Below, in pieces: positions 49,892 through 59,435 of a stretch of DNA of 64,000 nucleotides (positions within the stretch are counted from its first letter, which is position 1; each line of letters starts with the position of its first letter). The notes beneath the pieces were generated by a model. It had not been told where the DNA came from, searched no databases, and saw nothing but the letters and a program-made list of their open reading frames with translations. A program made the position numbers and the translations under genes. The DNA comes from Candidatus Bathyarchaeia archaeon (lineage in GTDB: Archaea; Thermoproteota; Bathyarchaeia; 40CM-2-53-6): the NCBI GenBank assembly GCA_049513715.1, contig JBEKVV010000001.1, positions 64,001-128,000 of the forward strand, in the 5' to 3' direction.

Positions 49892-51154
49892 TCAGCGAAA
49901 ACCTTCACGAGTGATTACGTGCTTCACATAATCAGCGTCGATAGTCGCACGTGTGTCTGATGCCAGGTTTTCTATACACAGTCTGCAGAGTGTCACCACT
50001 TTAGAAACCGTTCCCTTGGTTGTCGAGAAGATCTCGTCCAACGCGGCTATTGTGAATGGGAAGATCGAGGCTTCGATGGTCGAACGTGTATCGGTAGTCT
50101 CAGACTTCTTTGCAGAGCCAGATATCCTCGATGTCAACAAATAGCGCTGAACTAGTTCAAGAACTTCTTTCTTGCTGAACGGCGCTAAATCGATTACTGA
50201 ACCAGCGAGCCGCCTTTCAAGCGCACTCGGTACCTCAGTGAGTTCCTCCCATTCAGCAGGTGTTATTGCAAACATGATTGCGAGGCCGCCCGGGTTACCG
50301 TCTATGAGATGACGGAGAGCATCCTGGTAGAGCCCTCTTGACATTCGGGTTATCAGGGTGATTGCTTCTAACTCATCGATTAGAACAACCAATCCCGAGA
50401 GTCCAATCACGTGAAGTAGCTTGAGAAATGCGTTTAGGGCCCGCTCTGCAATAGATTGGTCATCGATAGTCGAATCTATTCCAAGTGTCTTATGTTCGTC
50501 TCGCGAGAGAGATGAACCGACAAACCAACGCCATGCTATGGAACCAAGCTCAGGGTGTGGCAGAATCAGAAAGGCTCTAACCAAGTCTGGATTCTTGGCT
50601 GCCGCAAGACGAGGCAGCATATCATTTACCAACTCCAGTGATCTCGCGATGCTTAGATATTTCGGAACATCCGAGTAACTATTCAAGACGTACGACTGTT
50701 TTTGAGCAAGGTACTTCTGAGTTTCTGCTTTCGAGAGATTCTGAAATATCCAGCGAACCGCAAGATCTGTCAGCAATTCTCGTCCGAGATCGTCAACTAT
50801 GTATAGGAAAAGATCCCGCATGCTTCTCCCAGGAGACTTGGCGTAGATGGCTAGTGCAGGGTTGTCTCCTGTCGAGAGTTTTCTATTTACGCTTAGTTTG
50901 AAAAGCTTAAGCAGATGGCTCTTTCCTGACCCATAATCGCCTAACAGAACAGTCACAGAGCTGGAATTATCAGTGCGCAATACTGTAAGAACATCAAGAA
51001 AACGTCTAATGGCAGCCTGTCTATCTGCAGTTGTAAGCGGTAAATCGGAGGGAACTGCTGTAGAGGGAAATGGGTTCCTGGTCAAGAGCAGTTTTGAATA
51101 GTTCTTCTTCTGAAGATTACTGAGATCTATGAAACCTTGCTCATCCAGACTCAA
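49892..51154 (-). CDS. P-loop ATPase, BrxD/DUF2791-like
   Basis: NPF, GDYGSGKSHLL, AWRWFVG, VLIDELE, ALERRL. Confidence 0.75.
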   Translation of the reverse strand: MSLDEQGFIDLSNLQKKNYSKLLLTRNPFPSTAVPSDLPLTTADRQAAIRRFLDVLTVLRTDNSSSVTVLLGDYGSGKSHLLKLFKLSVNRKLSTGDNPALAIYAKSPGRSMRDLFLYIVDDLGRELLTDLAVRWIFQNLSKAETQKYLAQKQSYVLNSYSDVPKYLSIARSLELVNDMLPRLAAAKNPDLVRAFLILPHPELGSIAWRWFVGSSLSRDEHKTLGIDSTIDDQSIAERALNAFLKLLHVIGLSGLVVLIDELEAITLITRMSRGLYQDALRHLIDGNPGGLAIMFAITPAEWEELTEVPSALERRLAGSVIDLAPFSKKEVLELVQRYLLTSRISGSAKKSETTDTRSTIEASIFPFTIAALDEIFSTTKGTVSKVVTLCRLCIENLASDTRATIDADYVKHVITREGFR

Positions 51155-51990
51155 CTGCTCAACCTCAAGGAAAGATATGCATACCGTCGCTTGTGGTAAC
51201 GGAAGCCTCTGAAGTCACTTTCGCTCTGTGGCGGAGCACCGTGAAGATAGATAGCATTGCCAACTTTACTGTTCACTGTTTTCTCGAGATAGGCGTCAAA
51301 AAGTTCCGGAGAATCCAAACCGAGATCCAAGGACACAGCATCCCTCAGTGTATCTATTGAAGCGTATATCAAAGGCGCGGTTCGGGTTGATTTGTCTTGG
51401 ATATCAGAATAGGCACGAGTCAAAGCAGAGTAGAATTCGGGAATGCTCACAAATGTCTTTGTAGGCCCTGATTTTACAACTCCGCCATAGCTAACCGCTA
51501 ACCCTGCCTCAACACAAAACGCGATAAGTGTCTTCGCGGGAACCTCCTTGAACTCCTTTTGTATATCTTGCAGTTCTCTTGACACATCAGTATACTCAAG
51601 AAACCTCTTGAAAAGAGGCCCCTTATCGTCATTGCTCAGAATCAATCCCTTCAAATATCGTCTGTAAGTTTTCTTCTTTGAAATATCATCCTTCACCCCA
51701 CAGATTTTCTCACAAAGTGGAGTTATCCTATACTTGTGAGTGGGTCGGTCAACTTCTTTGATGAGTTTGAATATATTGGCGGTGTAAAAGTAAGTGTCTC
51801 TGGTTTTTACATGTATGTGGCCCTTCTTGGTTAATGAGGCTAATACTTGTCGGTACTCCTCTGCGTCGAACCTTCGCTCCGCCATCGCACATAGCGATGC
51901 GAAGAACTTCTGTACATCGTCAACGAGCATCAAGCCCTCCCTAGAACGTCCATATTTCGTATGTCTCAAATTCAGTAACTCCCGCGTCAC
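51151..51990 (-). CDS. Basic protein with probable winged-helix domains
   Basis: FKLIKEV..YRITPL and EAGLAV wing-like segments; 4-nt overlap with the ATPase start. Confidence 0.6.
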   Translation of the reverse strand: MTRELLNLRHTKYGRSREGLMLVDDVQKFFASLCAMAERRFDAEEYRQVLASLTKKGHIHVKTRDTYFYTANIFKLIKEVDRPTHKYRITPLCEKICGVKDDISKKKTYRRYLKGLILSNDDKGPLFKRFLEYTDVSRELQDIQKEFKEVPAKTLIAFCVEAGLAVSYGGVVKSGPTKTFVSIPEFYSALTRAYSDIQDKSTRTAPLIYASIDTLRDAVSLDLGLDSPELFDAYLEKTVNSKVGNAIYLHGAPPQSESDFRGFRYHKRRYAYLSLRLSS

Positions 51991-52325
51991 CTAGCTCCAG
52001 GAGTACAGCCGCACTGCACAATATGCAAGAAAGATATTGTGGATTAATATCTACATAAGAATTGACTACACCAGACGTATGTGTAGGTCGTCTTACATAT
52101 GTAACGCCCTCTCGCGGCCAGCCTAAAGCGCAGGAAGAGCAATGGAACAGAGTCAATCTGACAAGGATCGCTGTACTAGTGAGAGAGAGCTGGTGCGCAC
52201 ACACACAAAATGAGTGGTTCAGACTTAGGAGCCCGTCCGTATTGTTGTAAGTCGGCATGCAACCGTTCGGGCCCGCTGGACAGATTTCTGGCCCGCTTTT
52301 ATACCTTGTGAAGTATGAGAAGTAA

Positions 52326-52601
52326 GTGAAAGTCGTGGCGAAGCGGATACTGGTCCTCGACGAGGGGGTGCCCGGAGATCAGAAAGGTCGGCGCGAATGG
52401 CGGGTGCATCAACATCACCCTGCGGCAGAGTGGTGCGGCGATCTCGGCATCGCGCAGGGGGACTATGTCGTCCTGTGGCGAGGAGTCTACGAGGGCACAA
52501 AGTACGGGTCAGTTGTGGTTATCCAGAAGCTGAACGCCGGGGCCGCGCACCGTGACGGCCGGCAAACCCAAACTCAGGTGAAGGTTGGGGCGAGTGGCTG
52601 A
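52326..52601 (+). CDS. AbrB-like small protein
   Basis: PAAEWCGDLGIAQGDYVVL. Confidence 0.5.
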   Translation: MKVVAKRILVLDEGVPGDQKGRREWRVHQHHPAAEWCGDLGIAQGDYVVLWRGVYEGTKYGSVVVIQKLNAGAAHRDGRQTQTQVKVGASG

Positions 52602-53502
52602 CCAACGCAAAGTTACAACGAGCCTCGTCACTACCATCTACGATGACCTGAAGTCGCTGGCCGATGAGCGCGGGCTTTCCGTCGCCGCGATGCTCCGGCA
52701 ACTGACAGTGATGGGAGTCGCCGAGGAGAAGACGCCTGTGATGCCGCTCGGAATCGAGGCTGGCTTCGGGCCTCCACATCTTTACTTCTTCGGCACTACC
52801 GGCCAGGGCAAGTCAACCGTCATCGACGAGTACGTGATCCCACGCCTCGGACGCGGACGGCGGACGGTTGTCTTGACCGACAGCAGCGACGACATCAGGA
52901 AGATCTACCGTGACGCGTTCAAGGTAGTCCCCCTCGCTTCGAGCCGGAAGTTTCCGTCATTCGACAACGAACGCTACGAGGAGATCAAGGCACTGCAGGC
53001 CGAACCGGAGTTTGAGGCGGAGGTCAGCGGGGCGATTAATGCCGTGATGGCCTCAAGACATCGGAAGATCATCGTCGCGGTTAATGCGCCTGACAAAAGG
53101 GCGAAGAAGTGGCTTGTGAACTCCTTCATAACGGAGGTAGTCGGCCGCGATTGGGGCAACCCCGGACTGCTCTTCGTCGTCGAGGACGCCCACAAATACG
53201 ACTGCGAGGAGCTAGTCGGCAGCGGCCGAAAGAACGGCATAGTTGCTATCCTCGCCGGCGTCAAGGAGCCCGACGAAGACACCTCGCGGAACACTCGCCT
53301 CGTCCTCGGCCCAGTCGGAACCGCCACGGCAAGCCGAATCGACCCGACAATCGCGGCGATGGCGAAGAGGCTCGGATGCGGAGAATTCCTCTGGCAGTAC
53401 TCGGCGGGGCGCTGGGCGAGGTTCAAGCACAAGAAACGCGGAGTGTCGAAGCAAAGAACCGGCCGAGAGCCCACGCCTCAGAATAGCGGGAACCCAAGGT
53501 AA
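52585..53502 (+). CDS. RHH-fused HerA/FtsK-superfamily ATPase
   Basis: VTTSL..YDDLKSLADERGLSVAAMLR; HLYFFGTTGQGKS, VVEDAH, GRKNG. Confidence 0.7.
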   Translation: MGRVADQRKVTTSLVTTIYDDLKSLADERGLSVAAMLRQLTVMGVAEEKTPVMPLGIEAGFGPPHLYFFGTTGQGKSTVIDEYVIPRLGRGRRTVVLTDSSDDIRKIYRDAFKVVPLASSRKFPSFDNERYEEIKALQAEPEFEAEVSGAINAVMASRHRKIIVAVNAPDKRAKKWLVNSFITEVVGRDWGNPGLLFVVEDAHKYDCEELVGSGRKNGIVAILAGVKEPDEDTSRNTRLVLGPVGTATASRIDPTIAAMAKRLGCGEFLWQYSAGRWARFKHKKRGVSKQRTGREPTPQNSGNPR

Positions 53503-53754
53503 TTCCGCGCATATCAGACCTTTTTTCTTCGGTTCGTTTAGCTATAAGAAACTTGACGACACTTCAGTCTGCGCCGCCAAACAGGTTCGACAACAGTCAG
53601 GAATATTCGTTGGAGCAACGTCCACAGGATGGATGTGAGAGAGACTTAGCCCTGCCAAGAAAACTCCTACAGATTGAGACAAATCGCGTGTGATCAGAAT
53701 GTTGCGCTCAACTTAATTTGCTTCTTCAACTTCAACGTGAGGTGAGGAGAGCGA

Positions 53755-54918
53755 TTGCCACCAGCCATTAGTCAGCGACCGGTTAATGAGAAATTGGATG
53801 CACTCACCAAGGCATTACTTCAAGCAATGGCCGCTGACATAAGTGACGATTTAAGCATCAAAGTAATTCTTTACGGGCAGTCAATCGACAACGTTCTTTC
53901 TGCTCTAATCCCGAAAAGTACGCATGACCATAATGCTAAAGTCCAACAATTCAAGGCGCTTTTCCCCGCTTATGCAAAACTAGAAGACCTTGACAAAGCG
54001 AAAAATCTGTGGATGAATAGACGGTATGGCAGTTCTGAACCCCCGGGGAGCGATTTTGGAATCCAAGCCTTGTGCACAGACCTGTTGGACTTTGCTGTCA
54101 AGACGATGGCCGCAGAAAGGAAATGTGCCCAGACAGTGCTGTGGGCCGAGGTAGCAACTAGAGCAGAGCTAATCTATTCACATTCCATCCGGCAATGGAG
54201 GCCTGATACGATTCCTGGCTACATTGACTTTGACGCATTCAGATTCATTGGGAAGATTAGAGAAGATTGTAGGCGTCGGGGCCTCGCGGGGGAATATGAC
54301 TTGGGAACCATATCTGGACTGATCCATGTTCAGCTGTTTGGTTTGCCTGAAGTATCGACGATGACAGAACTTGAGCGGGCGCGCTTTTCAAACACATTCG
54401 GAAAATTGCGCCGAGATTTCGACGAGTTGGTTGGATTAAGAGACCGCATCGAATATCGAAATGTAACCGCTCATGAAGTTAGGTCGGAAAGTGATCTCTC
54501 AATGTGGGTTCTCAAACGAGGCCTGGCTGCAGACGTCAACTCAGCGAAAGACGAGGATATTCACAGAATCGGATTGGTGATAACTCCTTCTCCACGAGCA
54601 ATGGATAGCTTTGCTGGAAGGATTGAGAATCTGCTCAACGACCTGTGGGGAGACTTTCCATTGGACAAAGTGAAGGAGGCGCTGGAAGGTGAGGCTTTGG
54701 GAAAAGAAAACCTTGTTTGGATGCAAAAATGCGATGGTGTTAGGGCACCCTTCCTAGGTTTACGTGATGTGGCGCAATTCTATGTGAGAAGAGAACTCAC
54801 AGCAGAGGAACTAGACCGTCTAAGGGGATGGGATTGGTTCGTTGTCAGGGCAGGCACTGATGGCTCAGAGCGACTAAAAAGATTCATGGACGAGGCACGA
54901 AAGTCTCGGCTGGGCTGA
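53755..54918 (+). CDS. Hypothetical protein with HEPN-like N-terminus
   Basis: QSIDNVLSAL..KSTHDH..NRRYG pattern; SD GAGGTGA. Confidence 0.5.
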   Translation: MPPAISQRPVNEKLDALTKALLQAMAADISDDLSIKVILYGQSIDNVLSALIPKSTHDHNAKVQQFKALFPAYAKLEDLDKAKNLWMNRRYGSSEPPGSDFGIQALCTDLLDFAVKTMAAERKCAQTVLWAEVATRAELIYSHSIRQWRPDTIPGYIDFDAFRFIGKIREDCRRRGLAGEYDLGTISGLIHVQLFGLPEVSTMTELERARFSNTFGKLRRDFDELVGLRDRIEYRNVTAHEVRSESDLSMWVLKRGLAADVNSAKDEDIHRIGLVITPSPRAMDSFAGRIENLLNDLWGDFPLDKVKEALEGEALGKENLVWMQKCDGVRAPFLGLRDVAQFYVRRELTAEELDRLRGWDWFVVRAGTDGSERLKRFMDEARKSRLG

Positions 54919-54957
54919 CGATGACTACTAACAACTCGCAACACATATGTCCAAACG

Positions 54958-55638
54958 ATGCCCTATCACAATGGACGGCAATTGTCGAGTACGGAAGTCA
55001 AGAGGGCGGCGCGGGTAGTTTTCGAGAAGTTCAAGAGCATTCAAGATTTGCAGCAACGAGAGTCAGGCCCCAATCTATTGAGCCCACGGAGTTTCGTGCA
55101 AATCAACCATGATGTTGCGCAAGAAGCCTTCCATATCCTAGAACTACGAAACCTGCTAATGAGAGCCTTGGATCAGGAGTCGTTATATCAATTGACCAGC
55201 CTGGGTAACTCGACTAATGTCGATGATATTTTTGAGAAGACAGTAGACCGAGCCTTCATCTCGAAAATCTCAGAAATCCTAGACGGTGAGCTGAATCGTG
55301 CTTGCCTTGACAAGTCCTACGAAGACGCCATCACATCGGCTTTCCGCATCCTTGAAGTGCGCGTAAGGACTAGGATCAACGCCGGCGCCGACCGCATTGG
55401 AACGGATCTGATGGACGACGCCTTCCACCCTGAAAGGGGAAAGCTGGTTTTTGGAGAGACTGCCTCTGAGAGACAAGCGGTTCATCAAGTGTTTCGGTCA
55501 GCCTACATGATGCTCCGGAACCCACCTTCTCATCGATATCTACAGGAGTTTGCAGGCGCCGAGATAGTTGAGATCGTCATGTTTGTTGACTTCCTGTTGA
55601 AGATCCTGAGAAAGGCGACGGACAGAGCACCGAACTGA
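54958..55638 (+). CDS. TIGR02391 (Ymh-like) HEPN-type protein
   Basis: YEDAITSAFRILEVRVR, GTDLMDDAF, RNPPSH (Rx4H). Confidence 0.8.
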   Translation: MPYHNGRQLSSTEVKRAARVVFEKFKSIQDLQQRESGPNLLSPRSFVQINHDVAQEAFHILELRNLLMRALDQESLYQLTSLGNSTNVDDIFEKTVDRAFISKISEILDGELNRACLDKSYEDAITSAFRILEVRVRTRINAGADRIGTDLMDDAFHPERGKLVFGETASERQAVHQVFRSAYMMLRNPPSHRYLQEFAGAEIVEIVMFVDFLLKILRKATDRAPN

Positions 55639-55733
55639 AAAATCACTACGATTGAATAGTCCTTCCACCTAGTCAATGGATCCCAGGTTCTCTTTGATCA
55701 ATTCCTCGATTTCAGAAATCTCTTACTTGGTTT

Positions 55734-56432
55734 CTAGACCATCAAGAACTTGCGATAGCCATCAATCTCGGGGACACCATAAGTTGCCTTTTGGTTGTCT
55801 CTGAATTGCTTCTCTTCTTTTCTGGGTAATAGTCTGTTCCTGCGTGTTTCAAGATATCGCGCACGGATTTCAATCGGACCATGGATGAAATCCGTGTCTA
55901 TCGGTGTCGAATCCCTAGGCGAAATTTTGGTCTTTGTAATGGAGCACTTTATTCGAATTGTTTCCGATGAATTACCTTGAAGAGAAACTACGAGGGGGGC
56001 CTGAACTGCGTCCTCTGTTTCAAATCTAAAGTTGAAGAGGCAAGATTCTTCTCCGACTTTACTTTTGGCTCTAAAGCGCGGATCTGGATTCAACAACTCC
56101 AGTTTTAGTTGGCTAATAGCCCCGCTCTTGGAGCTCCGGTTCAGTAGGAGTAGACTAAGAGTGAAGAAGATTGCAACTTCCATCCTTCCAGCTGCTCTGT
56201 CGAGTTGCGATGTCAAGTAGTGTGGTCCAACATACGCTAACCTTTCGTCAGCAAAATACAGTTTCAGATCAGGGCCTCTAATCGACTCCCGCAGCTGTAA
56301 GCCAGCAATGGTTGCTGCCACCACGGTGAAAAAGGCGATTATCAGATTTGAGTAGGAGTCGAGTATGTCCACAAGTCCTTTTAGAACACTCAAGAAATCT
56401 ACTACTGGCAAATTCAAGTCAATCGATCTCAT
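55734..56432 (-). CDS. N-terminally membrane-anchored Ig-like protein
   Basis: LIIAFFTVVAATIAGL TM, GPDLKL, LLNRSSKSGAI. Confidence 0.6.
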   Translation of the reverse strand: MRSIDLNLPVVDFLSVLKGLVDILDSYSNLIIAFFTVVAATIAGLQLRESIRGPDLKLYFADERLAYVGPHYLTSQLDRAAGRMEVAIFFTLSLLLLNRSSKSGAISQLKLELLNPDPRFRAKSKVGEESCLFNFRFETEDAVQAPLVVSLQGNSSETIRIKCSITKTKISPRDSTPIDTDFIHGPIEIRARYLETRRNRLLPRKEEKQFRDNQKATYGVPEIDGYRKFLMV

Positions 56433-57360
56433 GCTTGAGTGTCTAATGGTCTGGACTCTCAGATTTGAACCGTCGTTATGGAGTTTTTGCGTGCGCGCCA
56501 CTCGACTCAGGCACATCGGACTATGGATGCAAAAGCTCGTCTGCTTTGGCTAGATAATCAGGGCAACGTGGCGTCCGCAGTGAAAATGACCGAAGCGCCT
56601 GATATTGAAGCGTTTAGCGTTACAGCCAGAGACCGCGATGACGATAAACTATGTGTGGTAGAACATCCAACACAAAACTCTGATCGGAAAGTGTAGTCAA
56701 TCGACCTGTTACTCACCAATCGTGGCGATTACGCGCATTTTCGGGCATTCGAATTCGTGATTGCGGGCCTATACGTTCGTTGGGAGGAGCCGAAAGGGCC
56801 AAGGTACTTCGACATGGTCTACTATCGCTCTTCTAGCTTGCGTCTCGCAACTTAGCGATGTCTCCGATGGATCCTAGTCGACATGAATGGCGGCGAGAGA
56901 CAACGCGAGCGAGTCTTGCGACACCGAAGAACGCTGAGTTCAGCGACGCCACTACTCGCCGGTTGCCCCGATCGGATACAGACAGTAGCGCTCAGCTTTA
57001 GCCTCTTACAGGTCTGCTGTTAGCGCATCCACTCTCCACATTTAGTATTAAAAGACGGGAGGAATTTTCGCATCTGTGATTTGGGACAGCGAGGCGCAAA
57101 CTGTTCAACTCATTTGTGTCTCTACCGACATTTGGGGGCGGCCGCCTGAAATTTGGGCCGGGTTGGGGATGGAGCGGTAGCGGCCTAGGGCTGAAAGTGA
57201 AAGGGATTGGAAAGTGGGGGCCGCTGCCGAAACAAAGGGCAGTGGGTTGCGAAAGCGAAACAGAGCCAAAGGGTCAAAGCGGAGAGGGGGCTGGTCTGTC
57301 TGCTGCTATTATAGCAGCGATGGCCAAGATAAACAAAGCGCCAAAAAAGGGGATAAAGGG

Positions 57361-57567
57361 TCAGCCGCGACGGCCGGCTCTTCTGGACTTCTCGTAAGAT
57401 TTCAACAGTCGGCGGAGTTTCTTCAAGTCTTCCTCGATCGTCGGCATGTTCTGCCTGGCCCGCGTCACCATCGCCCGCATGCTGCTCGTTCGTTCGCCGT
57501 CCTTGCTCACGTATTCGTCTATCTGGTTCCGTTCAGTTTCCGTCAGGATACGCGTGTACATTCGCAT
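57361..57567 (-). CDS. Small basic helical protein, possible regulator
   Basis: ORF flanked by two related palindromes. Confidence 0.5.
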   Translation of the reverse strand: MRMYTRILTETERNQIDEYVSKDGERTSSMRAMVTRARQNMPTIEEDLKKLRRLLKSYEKSRRAGRRG

Positions 57568-57706
57568 TCACAGTCCAGTCGTACCGCTACAGCCACAGCA
57601 ACGTTTATTTCTGCCGCTTCTGATATAACAGCACGTCTGCTGCTGTGACAGCAGCACACTTATCCATCCAAAACGAGGGAGAAAGAAAGAGGAGGCGAGC
57701 CAGAAG

Positions 57707-58555
57707 ATGGCTTTGACCGTGAGGTTTCGGGTGCGTATTAGCAGAAAGGTTGAGTCGATACTGGCTGCGTCGTGGGGTGGACTTGAGGGTTTTCTGAAAC
57801 AAGCCTGTAGCTGCTGGCTCTACGTCGAGCCCAACCGAAAATTCATCGGTGGAAAATGGGTGGAGAACGGAACCCGGCAGGTCATGTTGGCTGGTTTCGC
57901 AAAACTGGTTCTTGTAGCTCGCTCCGACCGGAGGTGGCAGTGGGACGCCACAGACATCTACCACGCGGGGAAGAACGACTGGGTGGCTGCCATCGCAGGC
58001 CAGGAGGCCGAGGCCGAATTTCTATCGTCCGATGCCGCGTGCATGGAAACCGTAGGAAAAGAAGTCGAGGCTGCGCCGACAGTTCAGCCGATTGCTCCCG
58101 TGTCTTCGGAAGCTCCGAAGACGCCGATCAGAAAATGTGCGAAGTGCGGGGTCAAACTAAAAGAAGACGCGAAATTCTGCGATGGTTGCGGGGCGCAACT
58201 TCCCGAATTCCCTGTCCGGGAGTTCGCCATAGTGTTCTTCGACGGCCGTGAAAAACTGGCAGAGTTTCAGGACGCGAGGGTCAATGCGACCCTTGTTCGC
58301 GCAGAGAGGGGTAGGAAGATCAGCCGACAAGTCATATTCGACGACCGCTACGCCGTTCTTCTCCGTGCTTCGGCCAAAGATGCGAGTTCGGCAGCGGACT
58401 TGGACACTCTTCGAGCAGTATTCGCAGAGTTCGAGGCCGGAACGAAAACGAAGTACGGCGAAGTCCTTACGGACGCTTACGAACTAAAAACACTGCGCAA
58501 GATGCTGCTCGAAAAATATCCCGAGTCGGAGCTGTGGCGCGGGGACGAAGAGTAG
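57707..58555 (+). CDS. Hypothetical protein with internal zinc ribbon
   Basis: CAKCG..FCDGCG; SD GAGGAGG. Confidence 0.7.
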   Translation: MALTVRFRVRISRKVESILAASWGGLEGFLKQACSCWLYVEPNRKFIGGKWVENGTRQVMLAGFAKLVLVARSDRRWQWDATDIYHAGKNDWVAAIAGQEAEAEFLSSDAACMETVGKEVEAAPTVQPIAPVSSEAPKTPIRKCAKCGVKLKEDAKFCDGCGAQLPEFPVREFAIVFFDGREKLAEFQDARVNATLVRAERGRKISRQVIFDDRYAVLLRASAKDASSAADLDTLRAVFAEFEAGTKTKYGEVLTDAYELKTLRKMLLEKYPESELWRGDEE

Positions 58556-58766
58556 TTGCGGGAGGTGACTTGACCTGTTCAGAAATAGGGTTGGTCTGGC
58601 CGGCGTCGGCGCCGTAATCGCGGGGGTATGGCTTCTCTGCTTCGCGGTTGCTTCGGCAATCGTGTCCGCGTACCAGTCGGCCTACTGGCCTGCCTTCTAC
58701 GCGATGGCTGTCGGAGCTTCCCTCGTTTCTTCCGGCACGGTGTTGGCCAGAACGTTCAGGTAGGGG

Positions 58767-59012
58767 CTACTTGTTCGGCCCCCCCAGACTTGGCCCGATG
58801 GCTCTGGGGTTTTGGAGCCACCGCATGGCTGCCTTCTTGGTTTTGAACTCCTCGACAAAACAGTCAGATGTGGTGTTGTCCACGCCAACCAACCATCGGC
58901 CCTCCTTGGTTAAGTACAGCGCTCGATAGCGCTCCAGCTCCCACCACTCGCTGTGCCCAAGTAGGCGGTGAATGAACCGCTCCGAGACCCGTCTGACTAT
59001 TCGTTTCTTCAA
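58767..59012 (-). CDS. Small hypothetical protein
   Basis: SD GGAGGTGA upstream; same-strand run with DUF932. Confidence 0.55.
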   Translation of the reverse strand: MKKRIVRRVSERFIHRLLGHSEWWELERYRALYLTKEGRWLVGVDNTTSDCFVEEFKTKKAAMRWLQNPRAIGPSLGGPNK

Positions 59013-59048
59013 AGTTTTTTCACCTCCTTCCCGCAGGAATCGGAGCGC

Positions 59049-59435
59049 TTAGTCGAACTCGGCAAAGAGCGCGCCCTTCCGAATTGCTTCCGGAATGTCG
59101 CTTTCCGATTCGAGCTGCTGGTCGGTCAGGTTCTTCTGGTCGGTGGAGTCGATCAGGTTGAGCACGCACCAGCGGCCGCTCTTGTGCCAGACGTGCTTGC
59201 TCGATCTGATTCCTCCGGCGAAGAGGAGAAAGACGCTGACTCCTTCGGATTGTGAGGCGAGCGTCTGGAGTTCTTGGATTGTTTCGATTCTTGGCTTGGC
59301 GGCCTTCAGTTGTCGAGCGAAGGTGTCGAGCAGCTTGGCTTCTTGAGGATAGTCTTCCGGATTCGTATCGAAGTCGCAAAACCAGTCACAGGCGAACCGA
59401 TAGGCTTCGGGGTCGAGTTCGATCTGCATTTTCAT
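59049..59435 (-). CDS. Hypothetical protein
   Basis: ATGA overlap with the DUF932 gene; SD GAGGTGA. Confidence 0.65.
   Translation of the reverse strand: MKMQIELDPEAYRFACDWFCDFDTNPEDYPQEAKLLDTFARQLKAAKPRIETIQELQTLASQSEGVSVFLLFAGGIRSSKHVWHKSGRWCVLNLIDSTDQKNLTDQQLESESDIPEAIRKGALFAEFD

Noticed and set aside
49892..51154. Calling the locus a BREX system
   Set aside because: No PglZ, PglX, BrxC or BrxHI recognisable in the window
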